Shown here: positions 37,807 to 46,829 of the stretch, piece by piece
Layout: every line of letters begins with the position of its first letter
Position numbering within the stretch: the first letter of the stretch is position 1
Source: an uncultured delta proteobacterium
GTDB lineage: Bacteria > Desulfobacterota > Desulfuromonadia > Geobacterales > Pseudopelobacteraceae
NCBI GenBank assembly: GCA_963772835.1
Contig: CAVYYZ010000008.1
Coordinates: 256,001 to 320,000 of the forward strand
Length of the DNA: 64,000 nt
Direction of reading: 5' to 3'
Program-made: the position numbers and the translations under genes
Notes under the pieces: generated by a model
Seen by the model: the letters and a program-made list of their open reading frames with translations, nothing else
Told to the model about the DNA's origin: nothing
The model's database searches: none

Positions 37807-40800
37807 TCACCCCCTCAACTTTCTGACTACCACGTAGCTGTCACGGTTTACGCCGGTCGGCCCCCAGTAGTTGAAGTAATAACTGAATTGTGCGTAACCG
37901 CCGAGCATCAGGGTCGGCTTCAGGCGGATGCGGGAGAGACTGTTGTGTACACCGCCGTGCCTGCCGCTTTTCCGGGACTTTTTGACATTGAGAGTCCGCT
38001 CCGGCGCGTGGTACATAATCGCCGCCCCGCGTGGTATGCGTGATGATACGACGGCACGGCTGGTCACCACACCATTCGCGTTAAAGACCTCGATCTCCTC
38101 ATTGTCCTCAATCCCGGCACTCGCCGCATCTTCGTGGTTAAGCCAGACGACCGGGCCGCCGCGCGATAGGGTCAGCATTCTCTGGTTGTCACTGTAGGTG
38201 GAGTGGATACTCCACTTGCCGTGCGGGGTCAGGAAGTTGAGGATCAGCCCGGTTTCACCCTCGGTTTCGTCCAGGATAGCCGGGTTGAGTTTACCTTTGA
38301 AGGTCGGTAGACCCTCGTTGAACTCACCATAATAGGGGTGGTCGAGGTACAGTGACTGTCGGCCGGAAAGGGTCCGCCAGGGTACGCCGTGCTCCACGTT
38401 CAGAGTGAAAGGTGCGTAGGGACGGTTTTCGTTGACTAACCCGCTCCAGACCGGGGAACTGAGGTGGCGGCGCGGTTTTTGAGTAACTTCCTCCCAGGTG
38501 ATACGGAAGTTGCGGTCCCCCTCGGATATGTGCGCAAGCGGCTTGCCGACCCGCTTCTCCAGGTTCTGATAGGCGCGATGTGCCAGTTCACCGTTGGTCT
38601 CCGGGGCGAGGGCCATAATAACATCGGCTACGTTTCGTACGTCCTCCATATCGATGAAGGTCTTATCTCCCCATGAGCGGGTCGGCATTGTTGCCAGGAG
38701 CTTTTCGTGGACGTCGTCCGCCTCCCAGCTGACACCGTGAGCATGGAGATGGCCGATGTGCGGGCCGAGAGACATGAAACGATTGTAGAGATTGATGTAG
38801 TCGCGCTCGACGATCGGGAGGTTTGGCATGGTCTTGCCTGGAATCGCCTCACACTCGCCCAGCTTCCAATCCTTCACATTTCGCTGGGCAATTTCACCCG
38901 GTGTGTCGTGTTGCAGAGGCGCGGCAATAATGTCTTTGAATGGCGTAGGAAAGTGCTTCGGTGAAAGTTCACTGACCTTTTTGGCGATCCCGGCGAAAAT
39001 ATTCCAATCGGATTTTGATTCCCAGGCCGGATCAACGGCGGCATCCATGCAGTTGACAAAGGAGTGCATGTCAGTGGTGTTCAGGTCTGATTTTTCGTAC
39101 CAGGTGGCTGCCGGCAGGACGATGTCCGAATAAAGAGTTGAGGTATCCATGCGGAAGTTGAGATCCACCACCAGATCCATTTTGCCGGTGGGGGCCTTTT
39201 CGTGCCAGACGATGTCCTTGACCTGACCCTTTGCGGCCTCTCGGGCGGTAAAGCTGCTGTTGGGAGCGCCGATGACATGCTTGAGAAAAAACTCGTGTCC
39301 CTTGGCGCTGGAGGAGATGGCGTTGCCACGCCAGATAAACCAGACTTTGGGGGAATTACCTTCACCATCAGGGTCCTCAATGGCGAAACGGGTCTCGCCG
39401 CTCTTGAGGCGCTTGATCAGCCAGGCGCGAACTTCATCGTCAGTCACAGCACCGTCTGCCTGCGCTTGTTCCATCAGCCGGACAGGGCTCTCGTTGAAAT
39501 GGGGGGAGAAGGGGAGCCAGCCGAGCCGGACCGCTTTGGCGTTGAAGTCGGCGGTATGCATCGGCATGTTTTCGCCGGTTTCCGGTTTGAAGTAATCGAC
39601 GAAATTGCGATCATAACGCCACTGGTCCGAATGCATATACCAGAAGCTCGGGGTATTTTGCAGCCGCGATGCCTTTGTCCAGTCCTGGGCCATGGCGATG
39701 GAGGTCCAGGGAGCGAGTGGCACCACCTTTTCCTGACCGACATAGTGGGCCAGGCCGGCGCCGTTCCGTCCGACGCTGCCGGTCAGGATCAGGGCGGTGA
39801 TGGCGGCCCGGTAGATCAGGTCGTTGTGATACCAGTGGTTGACGCCTGCGCCGATGATAATCATGTTGCGTCCGGTACTCTGTTCGCCGTTCACGGCCCA
39901 TTCGCGGGCGATTGTTATCAGGGTGTCGGCAGCAATGCCGGTATATTTTTCCTGCCATACGGGGGTAAAGGGTTTGTCGTCCTGGTAATTTGCCGGATAA
40001 TCGCCCCCCAGGCCGCGCGAAACGCCGAATTGGCCCATAAGAAGGTCAAAAACGGTAGCTACGGTAACTTCCCCCTCTTTCGTCATGACGCGCCTGACCG
40101 GGACATCCCGGAGTACGTCACCGTCGGCCTCGAAAGAGAAACGAACCGTACGGGTCGTCTGGCCCAGGTTGGTCAGGCAGCAGTCGATATCGCCACCATC
40201 CACCATGTCCACCATATCCAGGTTCCAATTCCCCTCCTGTTTGCTCCAACGTGAACCGACGCTGCCATGAGGGAAACGGGCATTCCCGGCGCTGTCGCCG
40301 ACACAGAGGGTCCAGTCTGCATTTTCAATCCCTTCGCCCCGCTCAAGGTCGGCCGCACGCAGAAATTCTCCCTGCCGTAATGCCCCGTCCTTCTCGGTCA
40401 GTTTGACCAGAAACGGCAGATCGGTGTACTTGCGCACGTATTCATCGAAGAAGGGGACCTGCCGGTTGGCGTAGAACTCTGTCAAAATTACATGGTTCAC
40501 CGCCATCCAGAATGCGCCGTCATGCCCCTGTTCCACCGGGAGCCAGGCATCGGCAAACTTACTCGCCATGCTGTAGTCGGGGGACATAACCACCACTTTG
40601 GTGCCGCGGTAGCGGGCCTCTGTCATGAAGTGAGCATCCGGGGTCCGGGTCATCGGGACGTTAGAGCCGCACAGGACGATGTAGGATGCGTTATACCAGT
40701 CAGCTGATTCGTTGACATCCGTCTGCTCACCCCAGACCTGCGGAGATGCAGGGGGAAGGTCGCAGTACCAGTCATAGAAACTCATGGCAACACCGCCAAG

Positions 40801-41382
40801 CAGCTGAAGAAAACGGGTGCCGGCAGCATAACTGATCATCGACATGGCCGGGATGGGTGAAAAGCCGATCACCCGGTCCGGGCCATGTTTCTTGGCGGTG
40901 TACAGGGAGGAAGCAGCGATCAGTTCGGTCGCCTCATCCCATGAAGCACGACGGAAGCCCCCCATGCCGCGCTTGCTGACATAACTCTCACGAGAGTCGG
41001 GGCTTTCTACAATGCTCTTCCATGCTTCGACCGGATCGTCATGAACAGCGCGGGCCTGACGCCAAAGATCGATCAGCACACCGCGCATGTAGGGGTGCTT
41101 AACCCGCAGCGGACTGTAGAGATACCAGGAAAAGCTGATTCCCCTTGGACAGCCTCGCGGCTCGTGATTAGGCAGGTCACCGTTAAACTGGGGATAATCG
41201 TTAGCCTGCAGTTCCCAACCGACAATGCCGTCCTTGACGTGAACCATCCAGCTGCATCCGCCGGTGCAGTTGACTCCGTGGGTACTGCGCACCACCTTGT
41301 CATGTTGCCACCGGTTCCGGTAAAACTCCTCCCACCCCCGGTCGCAGGGACTATGGTCATCCTTGATCCGCTCGTTCGACAT
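37807..41382 (-). CDS. narG: Respiratory nitrate reductase alpha subunit (cytoplasm-facing, no Tat signal)
   Basis: STHGVNCTG, PRGCPRG, SFYDWYCDLP and TPHGKWSIHS motifs; 1191 aa. Confidence 0.97.
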   Translation of the reverse strand: MSNERIKDDHSPCDRGWEEFYRNRWQHDKVVRSTHGVNCTGGCSWMVHVKDGIVGWELQANDYPQFNGDLPNHEPRGCPRGISFSWYLYSPLRVKHPYMRGVLIDLWRQARAVHDDPVEAWKSIVESPDSRESYVSKRGMGGFRRASWDEATELIAASSLYTAKKHGPDRVIGFSPIPAMSMISYAAGTRFLQLLGGVAMSFYDWYCDLPPASPQVWGEQTDVNESADWYNASYIVLCGSNVPMTRTPDAHFMTEARYRGTKVVVMSPDYSMASKFADAWLPVEQGHDGAFWMAVNHVILTEFYANRQVPFFDEYVRKYTDLPFLVKLTEKDGALRQGEFLRAADLERGEGIENADWTLCVGDSAGNARFPHGSVGSRWSKQEGNWNLDMVDMVDGGDIDCCLTNLGQTTRTVRFSFEADGDVLRDVPVRRVMTKEGEVTVATVFDLLMGQFGVSRGLGGDYPANYQDDKPFTPVWQEKYTGIAADTLITIAREWAVNGEQSTGRNMIIIGAGVNHWYHNDLIYRAAITALILTGSVGRNGAGLAHYVGQEKVVPLAPWTSIAMAQDWTKASRLQNTPSFWYMHSDQWRYDRNFVDYFKPETGENMPMHTADFNAKAVRLGWLPFSPHFNESPVRLMEQAQADGAVTDDEVRAWLIKRLKSGETRFAIEDPDGEGNSPKVWFIWRGNAISSSAKGHEFFLKHVIGAPNSSFTAREAAKGQVKDIVWHEKAPTGKMDLVVDLNFRMDTSTLYSDIVLPAATWYEKSDLNTTDMHSFVNCMDAAVDPAWESKSDWNIFAGIAKKVSELSPKHFPTPFKDIIAAPLQHDTPGEIAQRNVKDWKLGECEAIPGKTMPNLPIVERDYINLYNRFMSLGPHIGHLHAHGVSWEADDVHEKLLATMPTRSWGDKTFIDMEDVRNVADVIMALAPETNGELAHRAYQNLEKRVGKPLAHISEGDRNFRITWEEVTQKPRRHLSSPVWSGLVNENRPYAPFTLNVEHGVPWRTLSGRQSLYLDHPYYGEFNEGLPTFKGKLNPAILDETEGETGLILNFLTPHGKWSIHSTYSDNQRMLTLSRGGPVVWLNHEDAASAGIEDNEEIEVFNANGVVTSRAVVSSRIPRGAAIMYHAPERTLNVKKSRKSGRHGGVHNSLSRIRLKPTLMLGGYAQFSYYFNYWGPTGVNRDSYVVVRKLRG

Positions 41383-42173
41383 TATCTGATCCTCCTTTTG
41401 TAGAGAGTCAATCCCAGTAGTAACAGAGCAAACAGGGCTCCGCCCGCCAGAGGGAGGGATATTGAAGAACCGCCCGCCTTCTGTGAAGTGGAGTCCTTGA
41501 ACAGAGCCATCAACGCCGCAATTTCGTCATCGGTTAACGGGCGATCGGCATAGATCTTCTTCATGATCGGGAACTTGAGCGCCTTGAGCGCACCCTGCAT
41601 ACCGTTGTCGCCCATCTTCTTGTACGAAGCACTCAGGTCGGCAACGGAGAGATTTCCACCCTCAATACCTGGATAGGTAAAGGGATGGCATGAGAGGCAT
41701 GGTGCACCACCCTTGGCCAGTCTCGTGCCGCCGGTAAAAAGTGCCTTGCCCTGAGCGATCAGTTCCGGCGTCACCGCAGTTTCAGTCTTTGCAGGTGGAC
41801 GCGCAGTGCCAGTCGATACGGCAACGCCGCCGGCTCCGGCGAGATAGGTGATAATCTTCTTGGCGTCATCAGCGCTAATCCCCAGATTAGGCATCTCATA
41901 GCCGTATTTCTTTACCAGTTCGGCCTGAATCGGGTCTTTGCTCACTGTCAGACTGTTCGGTTCACGTATGAGCGTTTCAAGCCACTCGTGCGTTCGCATG
42001 GCGGCTACCCCCTTCAGATCGGGGCCGCCACCGTCGCCGCCGCCGATGGTATGGCAACCGGCGCACTGTTTGTCGAACAGATCTTTTCCCTGATCTGCCC
42101 AGACGGATAAGCTACTTGTCGACAGAATCAACAGCGCGATAATACAGCTCAGAAACCTGCTTGAATGTGCCAT
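41382..42173 (-). CDS. narC: Membrane-anchored diheme cytochrome c (NarC-like)
   Basis: Signal peptide, CAGCH...GPDL, CLSCH and a C-terminal TM helix with basic tail; first gene of the nar operon, overlapping the narG start. Confidence 0.82.
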   Translation of the reverse strand: MAHSSRFLSCIIALLILSTSSLSVWADQGKDLFDKQCAGCHTIGGGDGGGPDLKGVAAMRTHEWLETLIREPNSLTVSKDPIQAELVKKYGYEMPNLGISADDAKKIITYLAGAGGVAVSTGTARPPAKTETAVTPELIAQGKALFTGGTRLAKGGAPCLSCHPFTYPGIEGGNLSVADLSASYKKMGDNGMQGALKALKFPIMKKIYADRPLTDDEIAALMALFKDSTSQKAGGSSISLPLAGGALFALLLLGLTLYKRRIR

Positions 42174-42335
42174 ACAGTTTCCCCTCCCGTGGTCTTCAAT
42201 GAGACTCTGTTTGCAGGGTGCTTTCTCTGTTTGAACTTATCAAACAATTTACCTCCTGCAATTAAAATTACTGGATCAAATAGAGAAACCGCACAGCTTA
42301 GTGTAATAATCAATACTCCCACTAATGATAAAATC

Positions 42336-42351
42336 TTTGACCCAAGTCAAA
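42336..42351. promoter_or_regulatory. FNR/HcpR-like palindrome upstream of the nar operon
   Basis: Perfect TTTGAC-CCAA-GTCAAA between divergent narC and bcp. Confidence 0.75.
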
Positions 42352-42463
42352 AGCTGTTTTTATATGGTTTGTTGAATGTGTGGATCTTTTTATATTGACG
42401 TTTTGGTTCGTAGTGGTAAAGTGGACTCAAAAGGTCTTGTTTAATTGTCGAGGAGGATGTGCA

Positions 42464-42925
42464 ATGTCACTGGAAGGAAAGAAAGCACCTGCTTTTTCAT
42501 TGGAGGGGAGCGATGGGAAGCAGCACACGTTGAAACAGTACATCGGAAAAACGGTTGTGATCTATTTTTATCCGAAAGACAACACGCCCGGTTGCACCAA
42601 GGAAGCGTGCGGATTCCGTGACAACTTCAAGGAGTTGACCGATAAGGGAGTTGTCTTGCTTGGAATCAGCAAGGACAGTATTGCAGCACACCGCAAATTC
42701 ATCACCAACTACGCACTGCCGTTTGTATTGCTGAGTGATCCGGATTTTTCCATGATGCAAGCCTATGAAGCGTACGGCGAGAAGGTTATGTGCGGGAAAA
42801 AGTCGCTCGGTACGATCCGCTCGACGGTGATCGTCGGGTCGGACGGGATAGTAAAAAAACAGTGGGCAAAAGTTGCCAAGGCCGAGCAGCACCCGGATGA
42901 AGTGCTGGCATATCTGCGGGATTGA
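42464..42925 (+). CDS. bcp: Peroxiredoxin BCP/PrxQ
   Basis: YFYPKDNTPGCTKEAC motif; GAGGA RBS before ATG 42464. Confidence 0.93.
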   Translation: MSLEGKKAPAFSLEGSDGKQHTLKQYIGKTVVIYFYPKDNTPGCTKEACGFRDNFKELTDKGVVLLGISKDSIAAHRKFITNYALPFVLLSDPDFSMMQAYEAYGEKVMCGKKSLGTIRSTVIVGSDGIVKKQWAKVAKAEQHPDEVLAYLRD

Positions 42926-42954
42926 ATCCCGCTTCAATGTAACAGGAGGATGTT

Positions 42955-43542
42955 ATGACACGTTTATTTTTGATGATGGTGGCCGCCGTTCTGCTGATTC
43001 CGCTTAATGTAATGGCAGCAACCTACAATCTGGATCCGAACCACTCAGCGATTCAGTTTAAGGTTAAGCATCTGATGATCACAAACGTCACGGGCGTTTT
43101 TGAAAAGTTTAAAGGAACTGTCACTCTGGATGAGAAGGATATTACCAGATCCGTCGTCAATGTCAGCATCCAGATGGACTCGCTGAATTCGAACATTGCC
43201 AAACGTGACGAGCATCTGCGTAGCCCTGATTTCTTCGATGTCGCCAAATTTCCGACCATGACGTTCGTTTCGACCAGGGTGGAAAAAGCGGGAGCAGACA
43301 GGTTGAAAGTGACAGGGGATCTGACGATTAAAGGGGTGACCAGAACGGTTGTCCTGAATGTAGATGGTCCGACCGGTGAAATAAAAAGTCCGCAGGGGGA
43401 AATGAGGCGTGGTGTTTCAGCAACCGCCAAGATCAATCGCCAGGATTACGGCGTCAGTTGGAGCAAGAAACTTGACGGCGGGGGAGTGGTAGTCGCAGAC
43501 GATGTGTACATCAATATTGACACTGAAATGGCCCGGCAGTAA
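42955..43542 (+). CDS. YceI family periplasmic protein
   Basis: Signal peptide; LDPNHS..F.V.H, RDEHLRS.DFF and GDLTIKG motifs. Confidence 0.92.
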   Translation: MTRLFLMMVAAVLLIPLNVMAATYNLDPNHSAIQFKVKHLMITNVTGVFEKFKGTVTLDEKDITRSVVNVSIQMDSLNSNIAKRDEHLRSPDFFDVAKFPTMTFVSTRVEKAGADRLKVTGDLTIKGVTRTVVLNVDGPTGEIKSPQGEMRRGVSATAKINRQDYGVSWSKKLDGGGVVVADDVYINIDTEMARQ

Positions 43543-43569
43543 ACTGCCGTAAAATAAATCGATACCACC

Positions 43570-43602
43570 AAAGCCGGTTTGTTCGAAAGGCAAGCCGGCT
43601 TT
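43570..43602 (+). terminator. Hairpin after yceI
   Basis: AAAGCCGGTTTG...CAAGCCGGCTTT imperfect stem. Confidence 0.55.
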
Positions 43603-43630
43603 ACTACATCTGTTTGAATGGAGACGTAAT

Positions 43631-44086
43631 ATGGAGAAATTTGTCACCCTTGACGATGTCATCAAGTTTGCCGTAGATCGCGAAGACACCGCCTACAAGC
43701 TCTACAAGCGGGCCGCCGAGCTTTCCACCAACATCTCTTCAAAAAAAATGTTCGAGGAACTTGCCCAGGAAGAAGCCGCCCATAAGGATGTTTTTGTTAA
43801 AATCGATGAGGACAAGGCAGAGAACCACAAGCTGTGCACGCTCCCCGAATCCAGTATTGCCAAATATCTGGCAGACATACCGTTCAGGGCCGACCTGACC
43901 TACAGCGAGATCCTTGCCTTTGCCCTCAAAACCGAGGAGAACGCCTACCAGCTATATAAAGCCGCCGCCGGGATGACTGACGATCCGAAACTGCAAAAGG
44001 TATTGATGAATTTTGCCGATGTTGAATTGGGGCATCGCCGGAAGATAGAAGCGATTTATGAAGAGCGGGTGCTGACCGAGGGATGA
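43631..44086 (+). CDS. Ferritin-like/rubrerythrin-family diiron protein
   Basis: Two E...Y...ExxH repeats (EEAAH, VELGH). Confidence 0.88.
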   Translation: MEKFVTLDDVIKFAVDREDTAYKLYKRAAELSTNISSKKMFEELAQEEAAHKDVFVKIDEDKAENHKLCTLPESSIAKYLADIPFRADLTYSEILAFALKTEENAYQLYKAAAGMTDDPKLQKVLMNFADVELGHRRKIEAIYEERVLTEG

Positions 44087-44110
44087 TATAAATTTGATAT
44101 CAGGATGAAA

Positions 44111-44143
44111 CACAACAGGCGGCCATAACGGCCGCCTGTTGTG
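44111..44143. terminator. Hairpin between convergent genes
   Basis: CACAACAGGCGGCC / GGCCGCCTGTTGTG perfect 14-bp stem. Confidence 0.8.
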
Positions 44144-44172
44144 ATTGTAGGCTGCGTGAAACGCCCTTCACG

Positions 44173-46494
44173 CTATACCTCTATCCGGAACTCAACCCCG
44201 TCTTCGGTGTTTCTGGCGCTCAGGTGGCCATGCATATTCTGTTCGATGATCACTTTAGACATATAAAGTCCGATGCCGCTGCCTTTATCCGGGGCTCGAG
44301 TGGTGAAATAGGGGTCAAAAATTTTTGGCATGATGTCGTCAGCTATACCGCCGCAATTGTCTCGAATACAGAGGATTGAACGACCGTTTTCTGGGGTTAA
44401 TCTGATGAAAATACGGGGGGAGTCTATACGTCGCTCAATGCACGTCTCCCGGGCATTGGAAAGGATATTAAGCAGTACCTGTGCATATTCATTCTGATAT
44501 CCGAAGATGGCAACGTTCTCGTCGTCTTCGAACTCTACCGTAATAGTATGACTTGTCAGTGTCGCGGAGATTAATTCAAGGGCGCGGTGAACAGTTGTTC
44601 CGACAAAAAAACGGGACTTTTCTTTATCTTTGCGGAAAAAATTGCGGAAGTCGTCGATAGTGCGTGACATGTGCATTATGACATCCATTGCTGTGCCGAT
44701 CTCCTGTTTCATCTCGTCATTCGTTATTGTGCCTGAATTGAAAGAATACAGAAGGTTCTGGATGATCAGACCGATATTGTTGAGCGGCTGCCGCCACTGA
44801 TGGGCGATATTGTTAATCATCTCGCCCATGGACGCCAGTCGCCCCTGCTGTATCAGGGCCTGATCCTTGCCTCTGAGGTCGGCCACTGCCAGATTGATGC
44901 GTTCTTGCAGCGACTGGTTCAGCTCTTGAAGTTTTGCCTGTGCCGCCTCGCGTTCGGCGACTTCTTCTTCGAGTGCTTTGGTCTGTTCGAAGAGTTCATG
45001 TTCCATCTGCTTACGCTCGGTTATATCCTGATTGCTGGCCCGCCAGCCCCAGGGGAGTCCGTCCGGAGTATGAATCTGCTGACACACGTGACTGATCCAT
45101 CGTAATTCGCCGTTCTTGCAGATGATCCGGATTTCGATCGGCTGAATCTGACCATGGGAATCTATGACATGAGTGTGGTGCCGGTAAAGTTTGCGGTCAT
45201 CGGGATGTATGAGCGTATGTATCAGCTCAGTGTCGGAATCGAATTCCATGATGCTGTAGCCGGTCAACGAAGTAACGGATGGTGACATGTAAATGAACCG
45301 GTTGTCCGGCAGGCGCCAGTATTCCCAGTTGGAGGAATAATCGGCGACAATCCTCAGATGTGATTCGCTTTTCTGCAGCAACTTCTGTGCGTTCCGGCGT
45401 TCGGCGATCTCCCGTTCCAGTGCGGCGGTCCGCTCGTTAACCCGGTACTCAAGGCCCTCATTCAGGGAACGCACCTCACCCTCAGCCCGTTTCCGAACCT
45501 CAATCTCGTCCATCAGTTGTGTTGTTTGTTCGGATACCTTTCTGACAAGAGTCCTGTTCCAGATCAAGATCGAAGAGAAGATAAGTATGGCAATCGCTGC
45601 TACCGTAGTGCCGATAAAAACTTTACCAGGGTGCCATACCGGTGCAATCGGAAGCCAGCGGCTCAGTACCATTTGACGTTCTTTCTGAGTAATGGAGGCG
45701 ATTCCTTTGTTCAGAATCAACTCCATCTCCGGCCAGTCCTTCCTTATGCCTATCCCCCAGTCATAACTGAAAGGCGTTACACCGGCATCATGGATGTTTG
45801 AAATACCCATCTCCTGCATGTAGTAGGTAGCAGTGGCAAGATTTTCAACATAGGCGTCCACCATGCCAAATGACACTTTAGCAAGACCGGATGCAGTATC
45901 CGGTACGACGTCAAGTTGAATGTCGGGATACCTGCTTTTAATAATGTCATGAGCAGTGTAGTTGGAAACGACTGCCACTCTCATCCCTTTACCTTTGAGG
46001 TCTTCGAAGGTCATTCCATGATCCACCGAATTGCGGACAATTATAGTACCCGGTACATGGGAAAGAGGGACGCTAACCCGCATGAATTCAAGCCTGTTGG
46101 GAGTGGATACAATTGCACCGAGGAGATCAATTTCATTGTTTTTGAACTTAGTCAGTACTTCATCCCAGTTTTTTGCTTTGACGATGGTGAATTTAACTCC
46201 GAGTTTTGCTTCCAGCATTCTGATATTGTCAGCTGCAACTCCTTGGTAGTCTCCATGGCGGTCAAAAAATTCTATCGGCTTGAATTCAGGATCGGGTGCC
46301 AGACGAATGACAGGGTGCTGCTGCAGCCATGTCCGTTCGGCAGGTGTCAGCGGGATTGTGGCTGACGGTGGGGGGGCTGCTGACAGTGGCGCAGGATATG
46401 AAATGATACCTGCACAAAAAAACACGAATGCTGATATGAGCAGCATGCCCTTTATGGAAAAGCGAGGATGTCGTTTGCGTACAGGCAGATACAT
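44173..46494 (-). CDS. Sensor histidine kinase (periplasmic PBPb + PAS + HisKA/HATPase)
   Basis: BvgS-like substrate-binding domain, TM helix, PAS, AHQWRQPL H-box, DNCGGI and GIGLY. Start uncertain (46494 or 46446). Confidence 0.9.
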   Translation of the reverse strand: MYLPVRKRHPRFSIKGMLLISAFVFFCAGIISYPAPLSAAPPPSATIPLTPAERTWLQQHPVIRLAPDPEFKPIEFFDRHGDYQGVAADNIRMLEAKLGVKFTIVKAKNWDEVLTKFKNNEIDLLGAIVSTPNRLEFMRVSVPLSHVPGTIIVRNSVDHGMTFEDLKGKGMRVAVVSNYTAHDIIKSRYPDIQLDVVPDTASGLAKVSFGMVDAYVENLATATYYMQEMGISNIHDAGVTPFSYDWGIGIRKDWPEMELILNKGIASITQKERQMVLSRWLPIAPVWHPGKVFIGTTVAAIAILIFSSILIWNRTLVRKVSEQTTQLMDEIEVRKRAEGEVRSLNEGLEYRVNERTAALEREIAERRNAQKLLQKSESHLRIVADYSSNWEYWRLPDNRFIYMSPSVTSLTGYSIMEFDSDTELIHTLIHPDDRKLYRHHTHVIDSHGQIQPIEIRIICKNGELRWISHVCQQIHTPDGLPWGWRASNQDITERKQMEHELFEQTKALEEEVAEREAAQAKLQELNQSLQERINLAVADLRGKDQALIQQGRLASMGEMINNIAHQWRQPLNNIGLIIQNLLYSFNSGTITNDEMKQEIGTAMDVIMHMSRTIDDFRNFFRKDKEKSRFFVGTTVHRALELISATLTSHTITVEFEDDENVAIFGYQNEYAQVLLNILSNARETCIERRIDSPRIFIRLTPENGRSILCIRDNCGGIADDIMPKIFDPYFTTRAPDKGSGIGLYMSKVIIEQNMHGHLSARNTEDGVEFRIEV

Positions 46495-46829
46495 GGTTAA
46501 AACCTTTTCGGGCTCAATTTCATATATGTACTCATCTACCACATTAATAGCTATTGGCAAGGCACCTCTGCAGAATGAAATACACAAACATTTTGAGAAC
46601 TACATTTCAGGGTCTCATAGCTGCTCTGCATACATGAGATTAGCATGCATGTTGAAATGTAATTATTTTAAATGTACTCAACTGTTTTCAATCTAATCAG
46701 GGAGAATCACGACGTCGGGAAGTATGGGGAACTTTATGGCCTTTGCCTGGAGAAGCCGCCGCTGCAATCACTTCCAGATTGCAAAAAAGGGCAGCCGTGC
46801 CGGGGCAATACCCTGCAGTGATCAGAATG

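Noticed and set aside
37807..41382. Periplasmic Nar or nitrite oxidoreductase (Nxr)
   Set aside because: No twin-arginine signal, and the narI, narJ and narK context fits a cytoplasm-facing Nar.
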